Below, piece after piece: positions 12,820-21,785 of a stretch of DNA of 36,074 nucleotides. This stretch comes from a virus, in IMG/VR virus record IMGVR_UViG_3300045181_000026. One strand, written 5' to 3'. The notes below the pieces were generated by a model. That model was given only the letters and a program-made list of their open reading frames with translations. It ran no database searches and was not told where the DNA came from. A program made the position numbers and the translations under genes. The stretch's first letter is position 1. Each line of letters starts with the position of its first letter.

Positions 12820-13678
12820 GCTGCGGTGGTGTGGGCATGGGTGCACGGTCAAGGACCGTCACCTCGAGGACTGCCCGGGAGACGAGTGCTGGGGCTGTGC
12901 TCCTCGGCTGGCCGAGGTCGGGTGGCTGTGCTCGCGGTGTGCCCGGGTGCTGAGCTCGGACGTCGCGACGGCACCTTCGCTGGTCGCTCATCTGCGGGAG
13001 ATCGCTGAACCTGTCGTCCGGGTGCTGCCTGCGGATTCGTCGTCGGGTGGTGGATCTCGTCCGTCGGAGCGGTCGGTGATCGTGCCGGCCGTGGAGGCAG
13101 CGGACGAGATCGCTGCCGTGCTGGGCTCGTGGGCGCTCGAGCTCGTCGAGCGGCGCGGCGGGCCGGGACCGTCGTGGGCGGGCTGGTGGTGGTCCTCGAC
13201 ATCGACGCGGGTCGATCGCGATACCGGCGAGGCGTACCTCGCGCGTGGCGTGCCGCAGGGGCTGCGCCCGGGCTGGGAGGTCACGGGCATCGAGGCGCTG
13301 GTGCGGTGGATGATCCCGCACATGTCGTGGCTGGTGGAGCAGGAGTGGGCGCCGGTGATGCGGTCCGAGATCGGCGACCTGCTGGCCCGCGTGCGTGCCC
13401 GGTTCCCAGTCGACGAGCGCGTGCGGCCGGTGACGGAGGTGTTGTGCCCCGAGTGCGACCGCCAGTCCCTCGAGGTTCACCCGCCGGCCTACTTCGGCGC
13501 CCCGGTGCAGGTGGTGTGCTCGCATTCGGAGTGCGGCGCCTGGCTCGATGAGCACGAGTGGGACCAGCGCCTGCGGGCGTCGGTCGTCGCGGCGGCCGTG
13601 AGCCGGCGCGACCAGAGTCGCGAGCAGCGGGCCGAGGCTCGGCGCCGACTGGTTGCTCGGGCGGTGCGGGATGCGTGA
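12812..13678 (+). CDS. Cys-rich protein with multiple zinc-ribbon motifs (288 aa), function unknown
   Basis: GTG 12812 overlaps the previous stop. CGHGC..C..C.GC...CSRC at the N-terminus and CPECD...CSHSECG at the C-terminus. Confidence 0.6.
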   Translation: MSELRWCGHGCTVKDRHLEDCPGDECWGCAPRLAEVGWLCSRCARVLSSDVATAPSLVAHLREIAEPVVRVLPADSSSGGGSRPSERSVIVPAVEAADEIAAVLGSWALELVERRGGPGPSWAGWWWSSTSTRVDRDTGEAYLARGVPQGLRPGWEVTGIEALVRWMIPHMSWLVEQEWAPVMRSEIGDLLARVRARFPVDERVRPVTEVLCPECDRQSLEVHPPAYFGAPVQVVCSHSECGAWLDEHEWDQRLRASVVAAAVSRRDQSREQRAEARRRLVARAVRDA

Positions 13679-13967
13679 CCCGATGGGCCGGCAGTGGTTC
13701 CGGCAGGGCGAGATCCCGTCCCGCCTGCCGGCTGTCGCGGCGGGCACGGTCCGGTCGTGGGTCTCGCGTGGTCGCGTGCGCTCGCAGCTCGTCGATGGTG
13801 AGCGGTGGGTGTGCTGGGACGACGTCCTCGACGCGGAGCGTGCCGCGCGGACCCACCCCCGGCGCAGGCCCCGGGGTACCCCCGCCCCCAGCGGTACCCG
13901 GGCCCCCCTGGGCGACACGCCCCGGGGGGCCCCTGTGGCAGGCCCCCCGCCCCTTGTGCAACACTGA
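13671..13967 (+). CDS. Excisionase/MerR-type (HTH_17-like) DNA-binding protein (98 aa)
   Basis: GTVRSWVSRGRVRSQLVDGERWVCWDDVLDAE matches the Xis-type winged-HTH pattern. ATG overlaps the previous stop. P/R-rich tail. Confidence 0.55.
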   Translation: MRDPMGRQWFRQGEIPSRLPAVAAGTVRSWVSRGRVRSQLVDGERWVCWDDVLDAERAARTHPRRRPRGTPAPSGTRAPLGDTPRGAPVAGPPPLVQH

Positions 13968-14025
13968 CCCCCGTAGGGATACCTGTCCCCACTTCCGCCT
14001 CCGACCAGTGGTCGGGGGCTTCGTC

Positions 14026-14355
14026 ATGCCAAGCGAGTCGCGAGGGGTGATCGCGGTGGCGGGTGGCATCCCGGGGCGGACGACGCACTCCTGGCGCAAA
14101 CTCCAAGCCGCGTTCCGGTCGGACTGCGAACGAGTCGACGCCGCCTGCTGGATCTGCCGCCAGCCCATCGACTACTCGGCGAAGGCGGGCACGCCTGACT
14201 CCTTCGAGGCCGACCACGTGATCCGGCCGAAACTGCGTCCCGATCTCGCTGAGGTGTACGAGAACCTTCGTCCCTCGCACAAGGCATGCAACGGCCGCCG
14301 CCAGACGAAACCGGCCGAGCTCACGGGGCTCGGCATGACGTCGAGGTCCTGGTGA
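14026..14355 (+). CDS. HNH endonuclease (109 aa), packaging-associated type
   Basis: CWICRQPI...EADHVIRP...NLRPSHKACN. Lies immediately upstream of the terminase module. Confidence 0.8.
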   Translation: MPSESRGVIAVAGGIPGRTTHSWRKLQAAFRSDCERVDAACWICRQPIDYSAKAGTPDSFEADHVIRPKLRPDLAEVYENLRPSHKACNGRRQTKPAELTGLGMTSRSW

Positions 14356-14486
14356 GCGGGGGCGTGCCGCGGGGGTAGGGGCGTCGGAATCCCTCGGGCC
14401 CCGGCCGCGCCCGGGTTGCCGGGGGGAGTGAAGGTTTCCCCCCGACCCCCCTCCCCCCTTTTCCCGCACAGTTCCAACGAAAAGCG
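14356..14486. other. Non-coding G-run/C-tract region; candidate cos/packaging site
   Basis: GGGGCGT occurs twice. G6A (14421-27) pairs with TC6 (14437-43). Then C6-GA-C6-T-C6-T4-C3 (14438-14465). At 131 bp, one of the longer untranslated gaps in the late region. Confidence 0.4.
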
Positions 14487-14951
14487 GTGATCGACGTGAC
14501 CGCCACGGCATCCCCGCACCGCACCGTCGTCGTCCTCTGCGGCCCACCAGGCGCCGGCAAGACGACCGCGGCGCATGCATCGGGCCTGACGGTCTACGAC
14601 CGCGACGACGAGCGCTGGACGGGCGAGAAGATGTTCCGCCGGGCGCTCGCCGGCTTGCGGTCGGATCGCGCGGCTCGGGCGGTCGTGATCCGGTCGGGCG
14701 CTACGTCGTCGGCGAGGGCCTCGGCCTGCCGGCTGGTCGCGGCCACGCACTGCTTCCTCCTCGCGGAGGACGAGACGACGCTGCGTGAGCGGGTCCGTGA
14801 CCGGCGGCGCGCGGACTTCGTGCAGGGCATCGCCGCGGTGCGCACGTGGTTCGAGGCGTTCGACGCCGAGGACGGCGTGGAGATCTTCCCGGGGTGGGAC
14901 TTCCTGGACCGCACCACGCTGCCGTTGGGCGCGACGTCGAGAAGGTGGTGA
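14487..14951 (+). CDS. P-loop NTPase / small kinase-like protein (154 aa)
   Basis: Walker A motif VVVLCGPPGAGKTT; a possible Walker B-like hydrophobic strand + acidic motif, CFLLAED. GTG start. Confidence 0.65.
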   Translation: MIDVTATASPHRTVVVLCGPPGAGKTTAAHASGLTVYDRDDERWTGEKMFRRALAGLRSDRAARAVVIRSGATSSARASACRLVAATHCFLLAEDETTLRERVRDRRRADFVQGIAAVRTWFEAFDAEDGVEIFPGWDFLDRTTLPLGATSRRW

Positions 14952-14955
14952 TCTC

Positions 14956-15438
14956 GTGCCATCGATCTACTCGGACGAGATCAAGCGCGCGGCCGTCGGC
15001 AAGTACGTCGCGGCGCTGAACAACCTCGACCTGTCACAGACGAAGGCGCTCAAGCATGCGGCTGAGGCGATGGGCATTCCAGCGTCGACGATCCGCGGCT
15101 GGGTCAAGGCCGGTATCGAGCCGCCCCAGGTCGGCGAGATGGGCACGCCCGGCAAGTTGCGCGAGCAGCTGGACGCGGCGGTGCAGAGCATGTCGTGGCT
15201 CGCGACGTCGGACGGGGCGGCGGTCGAGCTGGCTCGTCGGTTCGCTGACGGTATCGATCAGGCGTTCGAGTCCGGTGACGGGAAGAACGTGGTCAAGGCA
15301 CTGAACCTGGGTCCGCACATGCTGAACGTGCTGCGCGAGCTCGGCGGTACGCCGACGTCGCGGAAGCTCGTGGGAGGTGGTGCGGGTGGCGGCGGCAAGC
15401 TCTCGCACCTCCGGTCGATCGCGGGCGGCAAGACCTAA
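14956..15438 (+). CDS. Terminase small subunit (160 aa), assigned by position and an N-terminal HTH
   Basis: GTG 14956. ..LSQTKALKHAAEAMGIPASTIRGWVKAG.. Lies directly upstream of and overlapping terL. Confidence 0.55.
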   Translation: MPSIYSDEIKRAAVGKYVAALNNLDLSQTKALKHAAEAMGIPASTIRGWVKAGIEPPQVGEMGTPGKLREQLDAAVQSMSWLATSDGAAVELARRFADGIDQAFESGDGKNVVKALNLGPHMLNVLRELGGTPTSRKLVGGGAGGGGKLSHLRSIAGGKT

Positions 15439-17008
15439 GCGCCTCGGGTCGGAGACGCCGCGGATCTTCACTCCGCCGCTGCGCCCTCTGACACCGGCGA
15501 CCACGCTGGGGTTCGCGGTTATCGAGTTCGCCCGCGAGGTCCTCGGGATCGAGCCGTTGCCGTGGCAGAAGTGGCTGCTGACGCACGCCCTCGAGCTCCT
15601 GCCGGACGGCACGTTCCGGTTCCGCACGGTCGTGGTGCTCGTGGCCCGGCAGAACGGCAAGTCGACGCTGGCGCAGATCCTCGCCCTGTTCTTCCTGTAC
15701 GTCCGTCAGGTCAGCCTCGTGATCGGCACGGCGCAGAACCTCGACATCGCCGAAGAGGTCTGGCGCGGCGCGGTGGACATGGCGCAGGACGTGCCGGAGC
15801 TCGACGCGATGATCAACAAGATCGTCGAGGTCAACGGCAAGAAGGCGCTCGAGCTGTGGAACGACGACCGCACCAGGACCGGCCACCGGTACCGGGTGCA
15901 GGCCGCGAATCGTCGCGGCGGCCGTGGGCTGTCCTCAGACCTGTGCATCTTGGACGAGCTGCGCGAGCACCAGACGTGGGCGGCCTGGGGCGCGATCACC
16001 AAGACCACCCTCGCACGCGCCTACGCGCAGGTCTGGGCGCTGTCCAACGCCGGTGACGCGACGTCGGTCGTGCTGCGGCACCTCCGGCAGGTCGCACACC
16101 TGGCTCTTGGGGACCCGGACAAGATCGCGACCGCGGTCGAGTCCACGGCACCGGACGAGGCGGAGGAGACCGAGCCGTCATCGTTGGGCATCTTCGAGTG
16201 GTCCGCTGCCCCTGACCGGGCGGTCGACGACCGTGACGGGTGGGCGGAGTCCAACCCGTCGCTGGGGCACACGATCTTCGAGCGCACGCTCGCGGCCGCG
16301 CTCGAGTCGGACGACGAGTTCGTGTTCCGTACCGAGGTCATGTGTCAGTGGCCCGGCCGGGACACGGTGGGCCCGTTCCCGACCGGGGCATGGAAGGCCG
16401 GGGAGGACCCGGCATCGGCGATCCCGGAGGATGCGGCGCTGGCGTGGTGCCTGGACGTCTCGTCGGACCGTGGGGCCGCGCACATCGCGGTCGCGGGCCA
16501 CCGTGAGGACGGCGACGTGCATGCCGAGATCGCCGCCTCGAAGGCCGGGATCGAGTGGGCGCTGGACTGGTTCCGCGAACGCGCGACCCCGGACAACCCG
16601 ATGCGGGTGTGTGCGCAGACGCGTGGCGCACCGGTGTCGAACCTGCTGGCCGACCTCGGAGCGATCCCAGGCGTCGAGCTCGTCGACTGGTCCGGGCCCC
16701 AGCTCGGTGCCGCGTTCTCCGAGCTATGGGACCTCGTGCACGCGCACCTGTGGGAGCCGTCCGAGGACGAGACACCGGACGCGCGGCCCCGCCGCCTGTG
16801 GCACCTGCCCCAGCCGGTCCTCGACATCGCTGCGGACAACGCCCAGACCAAGGCCGCCGGTGACGGCGTCGTGATCATCGACCGCGCGAAGTCCCCGGTG
16901 GACGCGGCCCCGCTCGCGGCCATCACCGGGGCCGTGTGGCTCGCCGGCCTGCCGCCCGAAGAGGCACCACCGTCCGTCTACGAAGAGCGCGACCTGATGC
17001 TCGCGTGA
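15377..17008 (+). CDS. Terminase large subunit (about 543 aa)
   Basis: LPWQKW..., VVVLVARQNGKST (Walker A-like), ILDELRE (Walker B-like), and a nuclease half. The start is uncertain (ATG 15377 or GTG 15383). Confidence 0.85.
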   Translation: MVRVAAASSRTSGRSRAARPKRLGSETPRIFTPPLRPLTPATTLGFAVIEFAREVLGIEPLPWQKWLLTHALELLPDGTFRFRTVVVLVARQNGKSTLAQILALFFLYVRQVSLVIGTAQNLDIAEEVWRGAVDMAQDVPELDAMINKIVEVNGKKALELWNDDRTRTGHRYRVQAANRRGGRGLSSDLCILDELREHQTWAAWGAITKTTLARAYAQVWALSNAGDATSVVLRHLRQVAHLALGDPDKIATAVESTAPDEAEETEPSSLGIFEWSAAPDRAVDDRDGWAESNPSLGHTIFERTLAAALESDDEFVFRTEVMCQWPGRDTVGPFPTGAWKAGEDPASAIPEDAALAWCLDVSSDRGAAHIAVAGHREDGDVHAEIAASKAGIEWALDWFRERATPDNPMRVCAQTRGAPVSNLLADLGAIPGVELVDWSGPQLGAAFSELWDLVHAHLWEPSEDETPDARPRRLWHLPQPVLDIAADNAQTKAAGDGVVIIDRAKSPVDAAPLAAITGAVWLAGLPPEEAPPSVYEERDLMLA

Positions 17009-17023
17009 TGAAGGGAGGGGCGC

Positions 17024-17314
17024 GTGCTGATCGCAGCGCTGATCGTCCTCATCGTCCTCAACCTGGCCCTTGCGGGCGGCTACCTCTGGGTGGCCACGAG
17101 CTCGCGGAGGTCGCCCTGGAGGCGCCTGGAGGCCCGTCACGTCGTCGCCAACCTCAAGTCCGGGCAGGCAGTCATCGGCGTGGCCGTCGAGCGTCGTCGC
17201 GGCGTCCTGGTCCTGCGGAACGCGGAACTCATCGCCGAGGCAGGTAAGAGCACGCCGGTCGACGGCGAGGTCTTCGTCGACGCCACCGAGCTCGACTTCA
17301 TTCAGGTTCTCTGA
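17024..17314 (+). CDS. Membrane-anchored hypothetical protein (96 aa)
   Basis: GTG start after GGGAGGGG. N-terminal TM segment LIAALIVLIVLNLALAGGYLWVA. Confidence 0.5.
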   Translation: MLIAALIVLIVLNLALAGGYLWVATSSRRSPWRRLEARHVVANLKSGQAVIGVAVERRRGVLVLRNAELIAEAGKSTPVDGEVFVDATELDFIQVL

Positions 17315-17327
17315 GAGGCGGTGACGC

Positions 17328-19283
17328 ATGCCGTTCGTTGTCTCTCAGGGGCAGGTGCGCACGCTGGCTCACCAGCAGCCGATGATGCGGACCTCGATCC
17401 AGCTCGCCGAGGGCCTCACGCAGGCCTACGGGGAGATCTTCCGCAAGCAGCCGTCCGTCCGCACGGTCGTGACCTTCCTGGGCCGGAACATCGCCGGTCT
17501 CAAGCTCCAGACGTTCCGCCGCGTGTCGGACACCGACCGCGAGCGGATCACGGATCACCCGATCGCCCGCCTGCTCGCCCAACCAGCACCCGGCTCGACC
17601 CGGTTCAACCTGTTCGACGCGCTGGCCCGCGACAAGGCGATCTACGACGTCGCCTACGCCCTCAAGGTCAAGGGTGAGAACGGACAGGTCGGCGGCCTGG
17701 TCCGGGTGCCTCCGACGTGGGTGCAGCCCCACGACATGGGCCTCCTCGGGGCGCAGCGGTTTACGATCCGCGGCGTCTCCGGCAAGAAGGAGGTCTCCCG
17801 CGACGCGCTCGTGGTCCTCGACGGCTACTCCGTGGCGGCGGACTCGATGGGCGAGTCCCCGATCGAGTCCCTGCGCCAGATGCTCGCCGAGGAGTACGCG
17901 GCCGGCCGGATGCGGGAGCAGACCCTCCGCAACGGTGCCCGCGTCTCGGGCTACTTGAAGCGGCCGGCTACGACCCAGCCGTGGTCGGACACCGCCCGCG
18001 AGCGGTTCAAGTCGTCCTGGCGCTCGCAGTACTCCGGTGATGGTCCCGAGAGTGGCGGCACGCCGATCCTCGAGGACGGCATGGAGTTCGTGCCTGCCGG
18101 GCAGGACGCGAAGGCCTTGCAGTACGTGGAGGTCCGCAAGCTCGCCCGCGAAGAGGTCGCGGCCGCGTACTTCATCCCTCCGCCCCTGATCGGGATTCTC
18201 GATCACGCGACGTTCTCCAACATCCGCGAGCAGCACAAGCACCTGTACCAGGACACGCTCGGGCCGTGGCTGACCCAGTTCGAGGAGCAGCTCATGGCTC
18301 AGCTCTTCCCCGAGTTCCCGGACACCGATGACCTGTACGTGGAGTACAACCTGCGGGATAAGCTCCGCGGCGACTTCGCCGAGGAAGCGACCACGTTGCA
18401 GTCCTCCACCGGTGGCCCGTGGATGACCCGCAACGAGGCCCGGGCCCGGCAGAACCTGCCGGCGATCGACGGCGGCGACGAGCTGATCGTGCCGCTGAAC
18501 GTCGCCGAGGGCGGCCAGGCCTCCCCGACCGACTCGACCCGCATGCGCGAGAACGCGATCGTCATGCTCCCCGCGAGCAAGGCGGCCGCGCTACTGACCA
18601 AGGAGCCGGCCCGCAAGGCCCGCACCGAGGTCACCGACAGCGAGCGAGACGACGCGATCAAGGCGCTCACCGACTTCTTCGCCACGCAGCGCAAGCAGGT
18701 CATCCGACTGCTCGAGGACGGCGGCGACTGGTGGGACGCCGACGCGTGGGACGACGCCCTCGTTGACGCGATCCTCCCGCTCATCACGGCGCTCGCGACC
18801 CGCAAGGGCCGCGCCGCCGCGAACGATCTGGGCTTCCCGCCGGACGACTACGACCAGGAGCGCACGGAGAAGTTCCTGGCCGCCGTCGCGTCCTCCCGGG
18901 CGACGTGGATCAACGACACGACCCGCAACCAGATCGAGGACGCGCTCGCCGACCTCGCCGAGGACCTCACCGAGGCCGACGCCGTCGACCACGTCTTCGA
19001 CGTCGCCGAGGAGGCACGTTCGCTGTCCGCCGGTGCGGCGCTCGCGACGTCGGTGGCCGCGTTCGGGGTGCGTGAGGCAGCTCGCCAGCTCGCACCGAGC
19101 AAGGCGACCAAGACGTGGGTTGTCACCTCGAGCAACCCACGTGCGAGCCATGCGGCCATGCACGGGGAGACGGTCCCGGTCGGGCAGCCGTTCAGCAACG
19201 GCATGCAGTACCCGGGATCGATCGACGGCGACGTGGACGAGGTCGCCGGATGCCAGTGCGCGCTCGACGTAGAGATCCCCTGA
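17328..19283 (+). CDS. Portal protein (HK97 family) fused to a MuF/SPP1 gp7-like head-morphogenesis domain (651 aa)
   Basis: The N-terminal ~420 aa is portal-like. The C-terminal ~200 aa ends ..VVTSSNPRASHAAMHGETVPVGQPFSNGMQYPGS...GCQC, typical of Mu F-like minor capsid proteins. Confidence 0.8.
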   Translation: MPFVVSQGQVRTLAHQQPMMRTSIQLAEGLTQAYGEIFRKQPSVRTVVTFLGRNIAGLKLQTFRRVSDTDRERITDHPIARLLAQPAPGSTRFNLFDALARDKAIYDVAYALKVKGENGQVGGLVRVPPTWVQPHDMGLLGAQRFTIRGVSGKKEVSRDALVVLDGYSVAADSMGESPIESLRQMLAEEYAAGRMREQTLRNGARVSGYLKRPATTQPWSDTARERFKSSWRSQYSGDGPESGGTPILEDGMEFVPAGQDAKALQYVEVRKLAREEVAAAYFIPPPLIGILDHATFSNIREQHKHLYQDTLGPWLTQFEEQLMAQLFPEFPDTDDLYVEYNLRDKLRGDFAEEATTLQSSTGGPWMTRNEARARQNLPAIDGGDELIVPLNVAEGGQASPTDSTRMRENAIVMLPASKAAALLTKEPARKARTEVTDSERDDAIKALTDFFATQRKQVIRLLEDGGDWWDADAWDDALVDAILPLITALATRKGRAAANDLGFPPDDYDQERTEKFLAAVASSRATWINDTTRNQIEDALADLAEDLTEADAVDHVFDVAEEARSLSAGAALATSVAAFGVREAARQLAPSKATKTWVVTSSNPRASHAAMHGETVPVGQPFSNGMQYPGSIDGDVDEVAGCQCALDVEIP

Positions 19284-19308
19284 CCACCCCGCGAGGGCGA
19301 AAGGAACC

Positions 19309-20085
19309 ATGATGCACACGAAGTTCGCGCCTCTCACGGGCGTCAAGGCCGGCCCGGACGACGGGCTCGAGGAGGGCACGTTCACCGCCTACGCGTCGGT
19401 GTTCGACAACGTCGACGCCTACGGCGACGTCGTCCGCAAGGGCGCGTTCACCGAGACCCTGGACGAGTGGTCGAAGGGCGACGCGGAACTCCCGCTGCTG
19501 TTCGGCCACCGGTTCGACGATCCCGACTTCAACATCGGGCACATCGTCAAGGCCGAGGAGGACGACCACGGGCTGCTCGTCACCGGGCGTCTCGACATCG
19601 AGGCCGACACGGGTAAGGCGAAGCAGGTGTACCGACTGGTCAAGGGCCGGCGCATCAACCAGATGAGCTTCGCCTATGACGTCCTCGAGTCGTCCGAGGT
19701 CACCGAGGACGGCGAGAAGTTCGTCGAGCTGACCAAGCTCTCCCTCTACGAGGTCTCCGTCGTCCCGATCGGCGCGAACCAGTCCACCGAGATCCTCGCG
19801 GTCAAGGCCGCCGAGGCAGCATCCCGCTCCCTGGCCGCCCAGATCGCGACCGGGCAGAAGGAAGGCCGCGTCCTCGCGGCCAAGCACATCGACTCCCTGC
19901 GCTCCGCGCAGGACGCCATCGGGGCCGTCATCGAGGCCGCCGAGGGCACCGACCAGGAGAAGGCCACCGGCCCTGACTGCCTCGCCACCCCCGGCACGCC
20001 CGGGGCCCGTGAGAAGTCCAGCGGACCTTCCGTCGACTCCCTGGCGCTGGAACGTCTCGGCATCCAGCTCGAGGCACTGATCTGA
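19309..20085 (+). CDS. HK97-type prohead protease (258 aa)
   Basis: EGTFTAYASVFDNVDAYGDVVRKGAF...LPLLFGH...YEVSVVPIGAN pattern. Lies between portal and capsid. Confidence 0.85.
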   Translation: MMHTKFAPLTGVKAGPDDGLEEGTFTAYASVFDNVDAYGDVVRKGAFTETLDEWSKGDAELPLLFGHRFDDPDFNIGHIVKAEEDDHGLLVTGRLDIEADTGKAKQVYRLVKGRRINQMSFAYDVLESSEVTEDGEKFVELTKLSLYEVSVVPIGANQSTEILAVKAAEAASRSLAAQIATGQKEGRVLAAKHIDSLRSAQDAIGAVIEAAEGTDQEKATGPDCLATPGTPGAREKSSGPSVDSLALERLGIQLEALI

Positions 20086-20110
20086 CCATCCACCGTCCAA
20101 GGAGGACACC

Positions 20111-21433
20111 ATGAGCACGAAGCTCAAGACCCTGCAGGAGGCGGCGATCGCCGCCATCAAGCAGGCCGAGGACATCGCGAAGCCGGCGTCGGACGCCGAG
20201 CGAATGATGACCGAGGGCGAGAAGCACGACTACGACGAGGTCATGGAGAAGGCCCGCGGCCTTCTCGACCAGATCAAGACCGCGAAGGCCGACGCCGCGA
20301 TCCTCGACGAGGCGAAGTCCCTCGCCGCGGAGATCGGGAAGAACGCCGTCGCCGACGTCGAGGCGCAGAAGAGCCACGAGGACCGCGTCAAGCGCGTGGA
20401 GAACCTCGGCGTGCAGGTCGTCCAGTCGGACGCCTTCAAGGCCGCCATCAAGCCCTACGTGAAGGCTGACGGGTCGGTCAACGTCCCCGAGCGCGCCCAC
20501 TTCTCCACCGACCCGATCGCGGTGAAGTCGCTGTTCACCGGCGGCTCCGGCACCTCCGCCGGTGCGTTCGTCACCCCGGAGCAGACCGGCATCATCGAGA
20601 TGCTTGGCCGCCGGCCCCTGACGGTCCGAGACATCATCTCGGTCCGCCAGACCGGCTCCGACACGGTGGAGTACGTCCGCCAGACCTCGCACACCAATGC
20701 CGCCGCACCTGTCCCGGAGGCCTCCACCTCCGCCGCCGTCGGGTCCGGCGCAGAGGGCAGCGAGGTCACCATCGCCCAGGCCGGCGTCAAGCCCGAGGGC
20801 TCGTGGGCCTTCGAGCGCGAGACCGCGACCGTGAAGACGATCGCCGAGTGGGTGCCGGCCACCAAGCGGGCGCTCGCCGACGCGGCCCAGCTCGAGGGCC
20901 TGATCCGTGACGAGCTCGCCGCGGACATCGCCGAGACCGAGGAGGACCAGATCCTCAACGGTGACGGCACGGGCGAGAACCTGCCGGGCATCCTCAACAC
21001 CTCGGGCATCCAGGCGCAGGCCTTCGACACGGACATCTTCCGGTCGGTGCGCAAGGCGATGACGAAGGCCCGCACGGTGGGCCGCGTCGTCCCGAACGCG
21101 GTGCTCCTGAACCCGGAGGACGTCGAGACGGTCGACCTCGCCCGGGAGAACGGTTCGACGGGGAAGTACTTCTCCGCCGGCCCGTTCGCGCTCGGCCCCC
21201 GCACGCTGTGGGGTCTGCCGATCGTGGAGACCGAGGCGATCGATGCCGGCCAGGGTCTCGTCGGGGACTTCTCCCGCTCGGTCCTGTGGGACCGGGAGCA
21301 GACCACGGTGACGATCTCCGACAGCCACGCGGACTTCTTCATCCGCAACCTGGTCGCGGTCCTCGCCGAGGAGCGCGTCGCCTTCGGTGTCACCCGTCCG
21401 CAGGCGTTCGTCGTCACCGACGTCGCGGCCTGA
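20111..21433 (+). CDS. Major capsid protein, HK97 fold, with an N-terminal delta/scaffold-like coiled coil (440 aa)
   Basis: ..EEDQILNGDGTGENLPGILNTSGIQ.. and WGLPIVET.. motifs, plus position. Confidence 0.9.
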   Translation: MSTKLKTLQEAAIAAIKQAEDIAKPASDAERMMTEGEKHDYDEVMEKARGLLDQIKTAKADAAILDEAKSLAAEIGKNAVADVEAQKSHEDRVKRVENLGVQVVQSDAFKAAIKPYVKADGSVNVPERAHFSTDPIAVKSLFTGGSGTSAGAFVTPEQTGIIEMLGRRPLTVRDIISVRQTGSDTVEYVRQTSHTNAAAPVPEASTSAAVGSGAEGSEVTIAQAGVKPEGSWAFERETATVKTIAEWVPATKRALADAAQLEGLIRDELAADIAETEEDQILNGDGTGENLPGILNTSGIQAQAFDTDIFRSVRKAMTKARTVGRVVPNAVLLNPEDVETVDLARENGSTGKYFSAGPFALGPRTLWGLPIVETEAIDAGQGLVGDFSRSVLWDREQTTVTISDSHADFFIRNLVAVLAEERVAFGVTRPQAFVVTDVAA

Positions 21434-21447
21434 CCCCACCCAGTCGC

Positions 21448-21492
21448 GGCGCCCGCCCGGGGCGAGCCCATCGTGGCCCCCGGGCGGGCGCC
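21448..21492 (+). terminator. Strong hairpin after the capsid gene
   Basis: 15-bp stem GGCGCCCGCCCGGGG / CCCCGGGCGGGCGCC with a 15-nt loop. No clear U-tract. Confidence 0.6.
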
Positions 21493-21522
21493 GTCACCGA
21501 CACTCAACGATCGGAGATTCGC

Positions 21523-21771
21523 ATGGCACTGGACCGGTACGACATCCAGGTTGGCAAGCACCGCACGACGGTGCAGCTGACCGAGAAGGACGCGAAGAAG
21601 CGCGGCCTGACGAACGCCGACAAGACCGCCGTCCGGGCAGCCAAAGCCCGCGACGCCGCTGCGAAGGTGGAAACCGAGGCGGCTGCGAAGGCGGAGGCCG
21701 AGAAGTCCGCGGGAGCAAAGCAGGGTCGCCAGCCGGCGAACAAGGCGGGCGCCGCCGGCGCCACGAAGTAG
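21523..21771 (+). CDS. Small A/K-rich protein (82 aa), function unknown
   Basis: ATG 21523. MALDRYDIQVGKHRTTVQLTEKDAKKRG.. followed by an AAKAEAEK low-complexity region. Confidence 0.55.
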   Translation: MALDRYDIQVGKHRTTVQLTEKDAKKRGLTNADKTAVRAAKARDAAAKVETEAAAKAEAEKSAGAKQGRQPANKAGAAGATK

Positions 21772-21785
21772 AGGGAGGGGGCGCT

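Noticed and set aside
19928-21561. Minus-strand ORFs of 503 aa and 368 aa opposite the major capsid gene
   Set aside because: Shadow frames of an unmistakable HK97-type capsid protein. Low-complexity R/G/D composition.
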